Shown: piece after piece, positions 44,701 through 52,631 of the stretch
Position numbering within the stretch: the stretch's first letter is position 1
Layout of the letters: each line of letters starts with the position of its first letter
From: an uncultured Muribaculaceae bacterium
GTDB taxonomy: Bacteria; Bacillota_I; Bacilli_A; RF39; UBA660
Reading direction: 5' to 3'
Assembly (NCBI GenBank): GCA_964428195.1
Contig: CAYRXC010000002.1
Span: forward strand, 1 to 59,708
DNA: 59,708 bases
The notes under the pieces: generated by a model
Databases searched by the model: none
Told to the model about the DNA's origin: nothing
The model's input: the letters and a program-made list of their open reading frames with translations, nothing else
Made by a program: the position numbers and the translations under genes

Positions 44701-46376
44701 TGACTTCAATTGTTAAATATTTGTCTGATTTAGCCAAAAAAGAGAATATTAAAATTAATCAATTGTGGTTAGATAGAATTCCCGAAAAAATATATGTTGA
44801 TAAATTAGCTCAAAAATACAATTATAAAGCTGAAAAAGGAATAATTAATCCAATAATTGGAGAATACGATGATCCTTACAATCAAAGCCAAGGACTATTG
44901 ACATTACCTATTACTGTTGATGGAAATACAATAATATATGGGTCAGCCGATAGCGGAAAAGAATTATTACTTAATAGTTTAATATTTTCAACGATAACGG
45001 AACACACCGTTGAAGAAGTAAATTTTTATATATTAGATTTTGGAACAGAATCACTTAGAATTTTTTCGGAAGCCCCACACGTAGGGGATGTATTATTTGA
45101 AGACAATAATGAAAAAATAATAAATTTATTTAAGACAATTAGAAAAGAAATTACAAATAGGAAGAAATTATTTGCTGATTATTATGGAGATTATCAATAC
45201 TATATACAAAATAGTGGAAAACAAATACCTACCATAATAATAATAATTAATAATTTTGAAACTTTTTCGGAAATTTACACTGCATTTGAAGAAGAGATTC
45301 TTCAATTAACTAGAGAAGGATTAAAATATGGTATAACATTCATATTTACCGTAACAACTTCAAATGCAATAAGATATAAATTAGCAAAAAATTTCAGACA
45401 AAAATTATGCTTACAGCTTAATGACGATAATGATTATTCAAATATTTTTGACAGAGTTAAAGATAAACTCCCTTCAAAAATATATGGAAGAGGTTTGGTG
45501 GAATTATCTACATTGCATGAATTCCAAACGTCATTTGTAAAAGATGTTGAAAACATTAATGATTACATAATAAGCAAGTGCAAGGAGTTAAAAGCAAGTA
45601 GTAAAACATTTGCAAAGAAAGTAATGATATTGCCAGAAAGAGTTACAATGGCAATGATTGCATCAGAAATAAAGGGAATAGATTCACTTCCTTTTGGTAT
45701 AGAAAAAGAAAGTTTGGATATTGCGAAATTTAATTTTGGTTCAAACACAGCAAATCTAATTGTTTCTCAAGATTATGCATCTTCTTCAAAATTTTTAAAT
45801 TCGTTTATAGCTTCATTGCATTTGCAAAATAGTTTCGATGTAATAATACTAGATAATGACGAACTTATTAACAATAAGAATATCCAAGGATTTAATTATT
45901 ATGGTTCTGATTCAAACAAATATTTTGATGAGATGAAGCCTATTATTGAACAACAATATGAAGAATATAAGACAAACAACTTTAGCAAAAAAGTGCTTGA
46001 AAAATATAAGACAAAACTAACAGTAGTTATAGGCTTGGAAAAATTTAAAACAAGATTGGAAGAAGCTAAACAAAAGGAACTTGATGCTTTCTTTAGTAAA
46101 ACACAAGAAATGCAAAAACACGTGTATATATTTGTTGATAATGTTGACAAATTGAAGAAATTAGAATACGATAATTGGTATAGGAGTATGATAGTTAGTA
46201 ACCAAGGAATTTGGTTAGGAAATGGAATTGCTGATCAATTTGCATTAAAACTTGTTAAGGTAGGAAAAGAACTATATCAAGAAATTGGAAATGATTTTGG
46301 ATATTTAGTTATTAGAGGTGTGCCAACACTTGTAAAACTCATTGATGATGAAGAAGGATATGGTGATATTTTATGA
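41766..46376 (+). CDS. essC: Type VII secretion FtsK/SpoIIIE-family ATPase EssC
   Basis: N-terminal FHA-like modules (FGTYLNNLSIREATLNNGDTIFIMGLKI) and two TMs (MYVIGPMLSMSMMSLMTVF; LPSLIVAFAMMLSMILWPL). The D1 ATPase has GLIAGMTGSGKSELI, LLIISDEFAEL, GVHLILATQKPSGVV and RFKICLKV. D2 has a degenerate P-loop, GSADSGKELL. D3 has no P-loop. Confidence 0.9.
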   Translation: MQLLLIKKDKIDTIKLPSNIFGSYWIVDRISSKKGNNLINVFEENGRWKIVSNTDTKIIESSGNVVDFAFLTEYSFYYIQTKEKTIYILYSCPVYDKSTIRLTFNNLTEINIGNEMTNEIVYNLQVVGKKNTRLVFKDNVWKVYDLESKFGTYLNNLSIREATLNNGDTIFIMGLKIILLGNSLLINNPFNSVSYNQNIFSLSNQEEDDYIETEDDDNLIELYKEEDYFLRSPRFKTMIEKEVLIIDPPPTKENAEEMPIMYVIGPMLSMSMMSLMTVFTSLNRYLSGEAEFKTVLPSLIVAFAMMLSMILWPLLNKRYQKKKKQEYEKDRQKKYGGYIDSRREQLEIISKKQKMILIDNYLPSAACENIILSKNRQLWERKIDQPDFLATRLGIGNTPLEIDIRYPETHFSMDEDNLKDELNRMVNVSKELKDVPISISFVEKNYSAIIGKRHITNHFMKEILLQFVSFHSYEDLKLVFLLDEDYEEEWEYVKTIPHIWSDDKTIRYFAVDYEEMKELSSLMESDLQNRLTSEGSSSRDYKSFYPYYVIITNNYKVTKNIKILSDVLKQKTNYGYSVIVINETLSNLPNECTTFISIDSNKGGVFESELISTNQKEFFLDKSPLANLKSSFFVAANTPIKLSKEMYSLPKVFTFLEMFEVGKVEQLNSLYRWKTNNSILSLQTPIGIDSHGMISRLDVHEKAHGPHGLIAGMTGSGKSELIISYIVSLAVNYHPDDVSFVLIDYKGGFLVGALQNNETGIKLPHLAGSITNLDTIEMKRSLLSIQSELKRRQRLFNEVREELNESTMDIYKYQKLYHEGLIKEPIPHLLIISDEFAELKTQQSEFMEQLISTARIGRSLGVHLILATQKPSGVVNDQIWSNSRFKICLKVQEKSDSMDVIKSPDAASLTHVGRYYLQVGYNEYFSMGQSAWTGAQYIPSDKIIKEVDTSVDFVNNIGIIVKEVEEQKKNQKSSEGEQLTSIVKYLSDLAKKENIKINQLWLDRIPEKIYVDKLAQKYNYKAEKGIINPIIGEYDDPYNQSQGLLTLPITVDGNTIIYGSADSGKELLLNSLIFSTITEHTVEEVNFYILDFGTESLRIFSEAPHVGDVLFEDNNEKIINLFKTIRKEITNRKKLFADYYGDYQYYIQNSGKQIPTIIIIINNFETFSEIYTAFEEEILQLTREGLKYGITFIFTVTTSNAIRYKLAKNFRQKLCLQLNDDNDYSNIFDRVKDKLPSKIYGRGLVELSTLHEFQTSFVKDVENINDYIISKCKELKASSKTFAKKVMILPERVTMAMIASEIKGIDSLPFGIEKESLDIAKFNFGSNTANLIVSQDYASSSKFLNSFIASLHLQNSFDVIILDNDELINNKNIQGFNYYGSDSNKYFDEMKPIIEQQYEEYKTNNFSKKVLEKYKTKLTVVIGLEKFKTRLEEAKQKELDAFFSKTQEMQKHVYIFVDNVDKLKKLEYDNWYRSMIVSNQGIWLGNGIADQFALKLVKVGKELYQEIGNDFGYLVIRGVPTLVKLIDDEEGYGDIL

Positions 46377-46621
46377 ACAAAGTTTATGTAATATTATATG
46401 TTCCAGTTATTGGAGAAAAATATGAGATATTTTTACCAATAAGCAAAAAAATTGGAATAATACGAAAACTATTGACCAAAGCAATTAATGAACTATCTGA
46501 TGGGGCATTTCCTATTAAAGACTCTCTCCTATACGACAAAAAAGATGGCAGTAGATACGATTTAAACATCACGTTAAAGGAATCAAATATAAGAAATGGT
46601 TCTGAAATAATATTAATTTAG
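46373..46621 (+). CDS. esaB: YukD/EsaB-like ubiquitin-fold T7SS protein
   Basis: 82 aa and beta-grasp-like (YEIFLPISKKIGIIRKLL...LKESNIRNGSEIILI). It is translationally coupled to the essC stop. Confidence 0.65.
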   Translation: MNKVYVILYVPVIGEKYEIFLPISKKIGIIRKLLTKAINELSDGAFPIKDSLLYDKKDGSRYDLNITLKESNIRNGSEIILI

Positions 46622-46637
46622 TAAGGAGGTGAAAAAT

Positions 46638-46937
46638 ATGAATATTATGTTAAACCCAGAAGTACTTAATGGAGAAGTAAACGAAATCAACACTTTAAAA
46701 AATGAAGCAACAGCATTGATTAATGATACTCTTAAAGCAATTAACGAATTGACTCAACAAGGTGGTGGACTAGCAAGCCCAGAAGGAGCAAAATTGGCAG
46801 GTACTTATGGCCAAAAAGCTACAAAAATGATGACAGATTTAGAAGAGTTTGTTAATGAATATGTAACAGCGTTAAATAATGCTGCAAATAATTTAATTAA
46901 TGCAAGTTCTACAAATGCTGGAAATATTCAAGCTTAA
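46638..46937 (+). CDS. WXG100-family-like small secreted protein lacking the Trp (turn = QQGGGLASPEG)
   Basis: 99 aa and all-helical. The N-terminal IMLNPEVLNGEVNEI parallels the EsxA I(K)MSPEEI start. The RBS AAGGAGG (46623-46629) makes the ATG at 46638 the likely start. Confidence 0.55.
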   Translation: MNIMLNPEVLNGEVNEINTLKNEATALINDTLKAINELTQQGGGLASPEGAKLAGTYGQKATKMMTDLEEFVNEYVTALNNAANNLINASSTNAGNIQA

Positions 46938-46973
46938 TTAACTAATTTATTTTTTAAAAAAGGAGGAAAATTC

Positions 46974-47249
46974 ATGGGTGAATTATTAAATGTTAACATT
47001 GAAAGTATCAATGCTAAAAAAACATATATTGATACAAAAAATGGAGAATTATCTACAAAATTACAAGCTATTAATTCAAAGTTTGAAGGAATTCAAGGTA
47101 TGAGTAGTAGAGATGTAATAAAAATAAGAGAAAAATATGCTGATGCAAAACAATCTCAAAAAGAATTGACTGAAGCTGTAACAGCAATTTCTGCTTATTT
47201 ATCAAGCGTAGCTAGAAACTACGAAGAAGCTCAAACTCAAGTTAACTAG
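46974..47249 (+). CDS. WXG100-family-like small protein (turn = FEGIQG)
   Basis: 91 aa helical hairpin with the RBS AAAGGAGG. It is paired with the preceding gene, like esxA/esxB. Confidence 0.5.
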   Translation: MGELLNVNIESINAKKTYIDTKNGELSTKLQAINSKFEGIQGMSSRDVIKIREKYADAKQSQKELTEAVTAISAYLSSVARNYEEAQTQVN

Positions 47250-47275
47250 GTCTCTATTTATAGAGACTCTTTCTA
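47249..47275 (+). terminator. Rho-independent terminator (weak T tract)
   Basis: 8-bp stem GGTCTCTA-TTTA-TAGAGACT followed by CTTTCT. Confidence 0.5.
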
Positions 47276-47361
47276 ATTGTTTGTCTTATTTTACAAATAA
47301 TTAGAAATAGTTTTTATATAGAAGTGTATAATAATTAGCGATTATTGAAAGAGTGGTGTGA

Positions 47362-50300
47362 ATGAAAAAGGGATTGTTGAAGGTAAATTTCGAGAGCGTT
47401 AAAAGTTATTCAGCCAATTTGAACTCTGTTTCAAACGAAGTAACTAACAGCTATAAGGCTCCATCGGGAATGCAAATTGTAACACAGGGGCTAGTGCCTA
47501 CTTATTTTGATAAATTAAATCAATTTGTAGAAAAGCATGGTAATTATATTATGGAATTATCAAAAGCTATTGATGTATATCATGGTGAGTTAACTGCAAT
47601 AGAAGGATATTCAACACAAGAGACAGCTCAAGAACCTGCCTCAGAAGAACCGGTAGTTGGAGGAGGATCTCCTCATGGCGGAAATCATAATCCGTCTTTT
47701 GAGCCAGAGCTTACGGAAATTGAAGTATCTCCTGGAATAGAAGTAAATTTAGATTTTGGTAGTCTTCCTATAAATGCATCTATGGATCAAATTATGGGAA
47801 TAATTGCCGCTTATATAGCACAATTTGGACTAACTTTACCAGATTTGTTTTCAGGTAATTACGAGCACCTATTGTCTCAAATAATAGGATATTCACCTAA
47901 TACACCAACATTGTTAGCAATACTTACTCAATTGAATGAATTATTAATGCAAGCATATTTAAAAGGAATGATGAATAATCCTGGTGCACCTCAAATGTTC
48001 CAACCAATCAAATCATTCTTGAGATATTTTGCTCAATTTTTAGATGTTGATTTAAACAAATTAATGATAGATCCTCAATATGCTTTGGCTATTAAAATGG
48101 CACTACAAGACCATAGAACATCTTTAATTAATCTAAATAATATAAATCAAGAGACTGCTCTTGAGGTTCAAAGCAAATTGAATGATATGATTTATGGTGA
48201 TGGCAAAGGAAATTATAATAAGCATGGTGTAGATGATGTAACAATAAATATGTTAAAAGACTATCTGGCTTCTGTTGCTAAGAAAAATAATATTTCTTTA
48301 GAAAGCCTATTAGGAGAGGAAAAATATGCTAACATTGCCAAAACTGCTTTAGATGAATTTCTTAAATTTGCGTTACTAGGAAAAACAGAAGGACTAGCTT
48401 TTGCAGGAATACCGGAAGACGCAGAAAACTTAGGACCTGAAGAAGAAGAAAAAGTAGTTATCCCTGATAGTGAATTTAAAGAATCGGGATACAGTGTTCT
48501 TTCCGCTGATGCAAACACAGATCAAGTCAATAGTACCCTTGATGCATTGCTAGAAAAATACGGGTTAACTTTAGAAGAATTGTATTCTGGAGAACACAAT
48601 GATGTTTTAAATCAAGTACTTAACAATGCTTCTCACACAACAACATTTATAGTAACTGCAAATCAACTTGATGATTTAAATCTTCAAGCTTATTTAAATG
48701 GATTAAATAATGGTGATTCTGTACCGAAACATTTTGTATCTGTTGAATCATACTTATCTTATTTGGCAAAAACAGAAGGAGTATCTGTTGAAGAGTTATT
48801 AACTGATCCAAAGTACTCTGCTTTAGTAAAAGACTCTTTATATCAATATAGAGAATCATTAATATCGTTGAACAATTTATCTGAAAAAGACTCTGTTTCG
48901 ATTCAACAATCAATCAATCAATTCTTATTAAGTGATGATAAGAGCAATTATAATATAGATGGTGCTACTGATAAAATGCTTGAAGAATATTTAAGATCAG
49001 TTGCTGAAAAAAACAATATATCACTTGAAGATATGCTTACTCAAGAAAAATATGCTGATTTGACAAAAGAATCTCTTAAAGAGTTTATGAATTTTTCTTT
49101 GAATGGAGAAGAAAGTGATTTACCAGTTGCTAACATTGTTGAGCAAATAACTGAAATAGCTACCGAAAATAACACAACTCCGGAACAAATTTTAAATGGA
49201 GAAAATAATGAAGCATTAACTGAAGTAATTACATCAACTGAAAATCCTGCTGAAGTTGCTGAAGTTATAAACAATGTAGATGAAAATGCATTACAAAATT
49301 ATGTAAATGAAATAGTTAATGAAGGTAAGCATCCAGAAGTAAATAACAATCCTGTTATTAAGGAAGTAATTAGGACAATAGTTGTAAATAAGGAATACAT
49401 TAAAGGAAATACAAATGAAATAATAATTCCAGAAGTTGAAGAACCAAAACTAACTGAAGAACCAATTGTTATTGAAGAACTACCAAAAGAAGAATTAAAA
49501 GAAATCTTAACTAATGAAAATTATGCTCCTCAAATAAAAGAGGTTGTAAATAAAACTAATTCCTTTAACTGGGCTAGTTTATTCCCATTAGCAGGATTAG
49601 GTTTAATTCCTTTAATTGCAGTGGTTAGAAAAAAAAATAAAGAAAATCCTCAAAGAGAATCTTATGTATTCTCAGATGAAGAAACAAAACCTATTGTTGA
49701 CTCAAATTTTAAGTATTTTGCTGAATCAAATATAGTTACAGAGGAATCATTATTGGATGGTTCAAATTCCGAACTATTATCCATATATTTAAGTCAATTA
49801 GAAAGTTTGAGCGCAGTCTTGAATGTTTTATCCATAATGAAAGATCAACATCTTCAAAAATATTTATTTGAATTGTATAATTTTAAATACGAGCATGTAT
49901 GGAGCAGTAAATCATTAATTATAAAGATATTATTTAATGATTTAACTAATATTGCTTTTAAACAAGGCATAGAAATCAATACATTGTTATCTAATTCAAA
50001 TTATGTTGTTTGGGTTAAAACATCGATTGTAGATATTATGAAGGCATATTCAAAATACGAAGGGGACATAAACTCTAGCGGAGGGTTTAAGCTATTTTTA
50101 AATAGTGTTTTGGGTAAATCAATATTAGTAAACGAAGCAAATTTAAATGTATTAAAAATGTTTTTCGAATTAAATGCTAAAAAAGCAAATCTTGATTTTG
50201 ATTCATTTGTAAATCAATTATCAGAATATGATAATAAATTAATTATCTTTGCAATCATTAGATATGGAGAAGGAAGTAAACCTTACTCTTTTGGGTTTTT

Positions 50301-52311
50301 AGATTCTTTAAATGATGATTCTTCAAATTCTTCAGATGGAGGATTTATACCAAAAGAAACTGGAAAAGAAAGAATATTTGATGAATCTGGATATAATGCT
50401 TTATTATTTAATTCAAGTGAAGAACTAATCGAAAAAGCATTAGCTGCTATTGCAAAAAATTATAATACTAGTGTGAAAGATTTATACACAATAAGCAATG
50501 AAAACATTTTTACTTTATTATTAAATAAGTCAACCAACTTAATTTTAACTTTATATCTATTATTAAAATTAGATTCTGATAGACTTCAAAAATACTTACA
50601 TGCATTATATACAAAATCTACTGAAAATAAGTTTTTATTGATTGTACTAAAATATTTAGAGTATTTAGCTAAATCCGAGAATACAACGCTTAATGCTTTG
50701 TTGACAAAAGGAGAATATGCTAAATTGATAATTGAATCATTAGCAGATTTCAAAAAATCAGTGACTAGCATTATTTCTTTAGCTAAAAAGGATGGAACAA
50801 CTCTAAACGAAGAAATTAATGATTTGTTTTTTATGGAAGATACTAGTAAATATGAAATAGATAAAATATCTATTGAATTGATAAAAGGTATGTTGTCTAG
50901 TTTGGGTAAAGCAAAAAATATTGGATTAAATGCATTATTAGATATAAAAAATATTTCTTTATTAAAAGAGCTAATGGAAAAGATTGTAAATACTCTACTT
51001 TTTATAAAGGAAACAAATAATGAAAATTCTAATGAAGAAAAAAAATTAACACCATTAAACCTTAGAGCTATGGATGAAAAAAAATCTTCTGAAACAAAAA
51101 ACAACGTAGATATAAGCAAATTAGTAGATGGAAGCAATTATGATTTATTAAATAAATACTTTGATGAAACAGATGATATATTTAAAATAATAGATGTCTT
51201 ATTATCAATGGATGAAATCATTATGCAAAAGTATCTTAATGAGTTAAACAAAAAATCGACAAAAAATAAATTCTTGTTGTATATTTTAAAGTTGCTTCAA
51301 AATTATGCGTTAACTGAAGCTACAACAATAGAATATGTTTTATCAAATGCAGTATATGCATCAAAATTGAAAGTGTTAATTTCTGAGTTTTCAAAATCAA
51401 TAAAGAATTTTGAAGCATTATCTAAGATAGATGCATCAGAATTGAGTAAAGAGATGAATACTTTGATGAACATAGATGATACTTCTTCTTATGGGATAGA
51501 TAAAGTCACATTGAATTTAATAAAAGAGTTATTAACTAATTCTACAAAGACTGATAATCTTGATTTGAATTCATTGAGTGATCCAAAGAATGCCAACGTA
51601 TTGAAAAAGTTAATGCAAAAGATTATTAATGATATTACAACATCTTTAACATTTAATACAAAAAAAGTTGATTTTTCAAAAAATAATTTTAATAAAGATG
51701 AAGTGGTGAATGCGCTTAGAGAGGCATTTGGAAATTCTAATTATTCAAATTCTCCATTGTTAAGTAAGATAAAAAGCTACTTTGAAATAATGATAAGTGA
51801 ATCAGGAATTAGTTTTGAAGAATATATTTTTGGACAAGAGTTTTCGAATTTTATTAAGATTAACTTTGAAAATACAAATATTATGTCATTTATTTATGAA
51901 TACATGGAATCAAATATAGATTATGATTTTGATGTTAACAAAAAAATTATTGACTTGGCAGTAAAAAACAATTTGAAGTATGATGAATTGAGGTCAAAAG
52001 GTGGATTAAGCTTTGTTGTACAAAGTATTTTAAAAGAAAATAATATTATTTATTCTTTAGAAACTTTGGTTACTTTTGAGAAAGATAATATTTCTGAAGC
52101 ATTGTTAGAGTTAAATTCAATAAAAGAAAATACAAATATAAATAATTTGTTTGATTACATTGATAAAAACTTGAAAAAACCAAGTAGTTTACCTATAGAA
52201 GAATATATTAATGAAAACAAGAAAACAATACTATTGTTCTTGGTTAAGGTATTGTTAATGCTTCTAATTCTGTTACTATTGATGAATAAAGAAGAAAAAG
52301 AGGTGAAGTAA
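47362..52311 (+). CDS. 1649-aa T7SS-locus protein: WXG/LXG-like N-terminus, five to six ~180-aa helical repeat modules, one internal and one C-terminal TM helix
   Basis: The N-terminal ~85 aa form a helical hairpin (LLKVNFESVKSY...). The internal TM is WASLFPLAGLGLIPLIAVV followed by RKKNK (49570-49641). The C-terminal TM is ILLFLVKVLLMLLILLLLM followed by NKEEKEVK (about 52225-52308). No family is recognised. Confidence 0.7.
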   Translation: MKKGLLKVNFESVKSYSANLNSVSNEVTNSYKAPSGMQIVTQGLVPTYFDKLNQFVEKHGNYIMELSKAIDVYHGELTAIEGYSTQETAQEPASEEPVVGGGSPHGGNHNPSFEPELTEIEVSPGIEVNLDFGSLPINASMDQIMGIIAAYIAQFGLTLPDLFSGNYEHLLSQIIGYSPNTPTLLAILTQLNELLMQAYLKGMMNNPGAPQMFQPIKSFLRYFAQFLDVDLNKLMIDPQYALAIKMALQDHRTSLINLNNINQETALEVQSKLNDMIYGDGKGNYNKHGVDDVTINMLKDYLASVAKKNNISLESLLGEEKYANIAKTALDEFLKFALLGKTEGLAFAGIPEDAENLGPEEEEKVVIPDSEFKESGYSVLSADANTDQVNSTLDALLEKYGLTLEELYSGEHNDVLNQVLNNASHTTTFIVTANQLDDLNLQAYLNGLNNGDSVPKHFVSVESYLSYLAKTEGVSVEELLTDPKYSALVKDSLYQYRESLISLNNLSEKDSVSIQQSINQFLLSDDKSNYNIDGATDKMLEEYLRSVAEKNNISLEDMLTQEKYADLTKESLKEFMNFSLNGEESDLPVANIVEQITEIATENNTTPEQILNGENNEALTEVITSTENPAEVAEVINNVDENALQNYVNEIVNEGKHPEVNNNPVIKEVIRTIVVNKEYIKGNTNEIIIPEVEEPKLTEEPIVIEELPKEELKEILTNENYAPQIKEVVNKTNSFNWASLFPLAGLGLIPLIAVVRKKNKENPQRESYVFSDEETKPIVDSNFKYFAESNIVTEESLLDGSNSELLSIYLSQLESLSAVLNVLSIMKDQHLQKYLFELYNFKYEHVWSSKSLIIKILFNDLTNIAFKQGIEINTLLSNSNYVVWVKTSIVDIMKAYSKYEGDINSSGGFKLFLNSVLGKSILVNEANLNVLKMFFELNAKKANLDFDSFVNQLSEYDNKLIIFAIIRYGEGSKPYSFGFLDSLNDDSSNSSDGGFIPKETGKERIFDESGYNALLFNSSEELIEKALAAIAKNYNTSVKDLYTISNENIFTLLLNKSTNLILTLYLLLKLDSDRLQKYLHALYTKSTENKFLLIVLKYLEYLAKSENTTLNALLTKGEYAKLIIESLADFKKSVTSIISLAKKDGTTLNEEINDLFFMEDTSKYEIDKISIELIKGMLSSLGKAKNIGLNALLDIKNISLLKELMEKIVNTLLFIKETNNENSNEEKKLTPLNLRAMDEKKSSETKNNVDISKLVDGSNYDLLNKYFDETDDIFKIIDVLLSMDEIIMQKYLNELNKKSTKNKFLLYILKLLQNYALTEATTIEYVLSNAVYASKLKVLISEFSKSIKNFEALSKIDASELSKEMNTLMNIDDTSSYGIDKVTLNLIKELLTNSTKTDNLDLNSLSDPKNANVLKKLMQKIINDITTSLTFNTKKVDFSKNNFNKDEVVNALREAFGNSNYSNSPLLSKIKSYFEIMISESGISFEEYIFGQEFSNFIKINFENTNIMSFIYEYMESNIDYDFDVNKKIIDLAVKNNLKYDELRSKGGLSFVVQSILKENNIIYSLETLVTFEKDNISEALLELNSIKENTNINNLFDYIDKNLKKPSSLPIEEYINENKKTILLFLVKVLLMLLILLLLMNKEEKEVK
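47830..49095 (+). repeat. Protein-level repeat modules R1 (47830-48369) and R2 (48565-49095) of the giant protein
   Basis: The modules are colinear. Matching blocks: LTLPDLFSGNYEHLL / LTLEELYSGEHNDVL; QAYLKGMMN / QAYLNGLNN; DLNKLMIDPQYALAIK / SVEELLTDPKYSALVK; SLINLNN / SLISLNN; MLKDYLASVAKKNNISLESLLGEEKYANIAKTALDEFLKF / MLEEYLRSVAEKNNISLEDMLTQEKYADLTKESLKEFMNF. Confidence 0.8.
49728..51636 (+). repeat. Protein-level repeat modules R3-R5 (post-TM half) of the giant protein
   Basis: R4 (about 50464-50995) and R5 (about 51106-51636) are colinear. Matching blocks: LQKYLHALYTKSTENKFLLIVLKYL / MQKYLNELNKKSTKNKFLLYILKLL; TTLNALLTKGEYAKL / TTIEYVLSNAVYASKL; DTSKYEIDKISIELIKGML / DTSSYGIDKVTLNLIKELL. 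R3 (about 49728-50280) is more divergent (LQKYLFELYNFKYEH...). Confidence 0.7.
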
Positions 52312-52620
52312 ATGGAAAATTTAAGTTGTGATTTTGAAATAATTAATGATGCTTTAGTTTCATTAATCAATTCAGCAAATGCTGTAGTAGAGCAAGCAAC
52401 AGTTTTAAAAGGTATTGTAGAATCAGTTGATTTGGGTTGGATTGACAAGATTGAAGGGTCTGCTGATTTATATAAAAATGAAACACTATTGATTATCAAT
52501 GATTTGGCTGTAAATTTAGAATCTTCAAATACTCTGATTAAAAGTATTCAACAATCTATGGATTTGTATAAAGAAAATGAAGCTGCGGGTGTTACTAGTA
52601 TTAACAACGTAAGTTTGTAA
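52312..52620 (+). CDS. WXG100-like small helical protein (turn = DLGWIDKIEG)
   Basis: 102 aa helical hairpin. The ATG directly abuts the stop of the giant gene (TAAATG). Confidence 0.5.
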   Translation: MENLSCDFEIINDALVSLINSANAVVEQATVLKGIVESVDLGWIDKIEGSADLYKNETLLIINDLAVNLESSNTLIKSIQQSMDLYKENEAAGVTSINNVSL

Positions 52621-52631
52621 GGAGGATTTTT

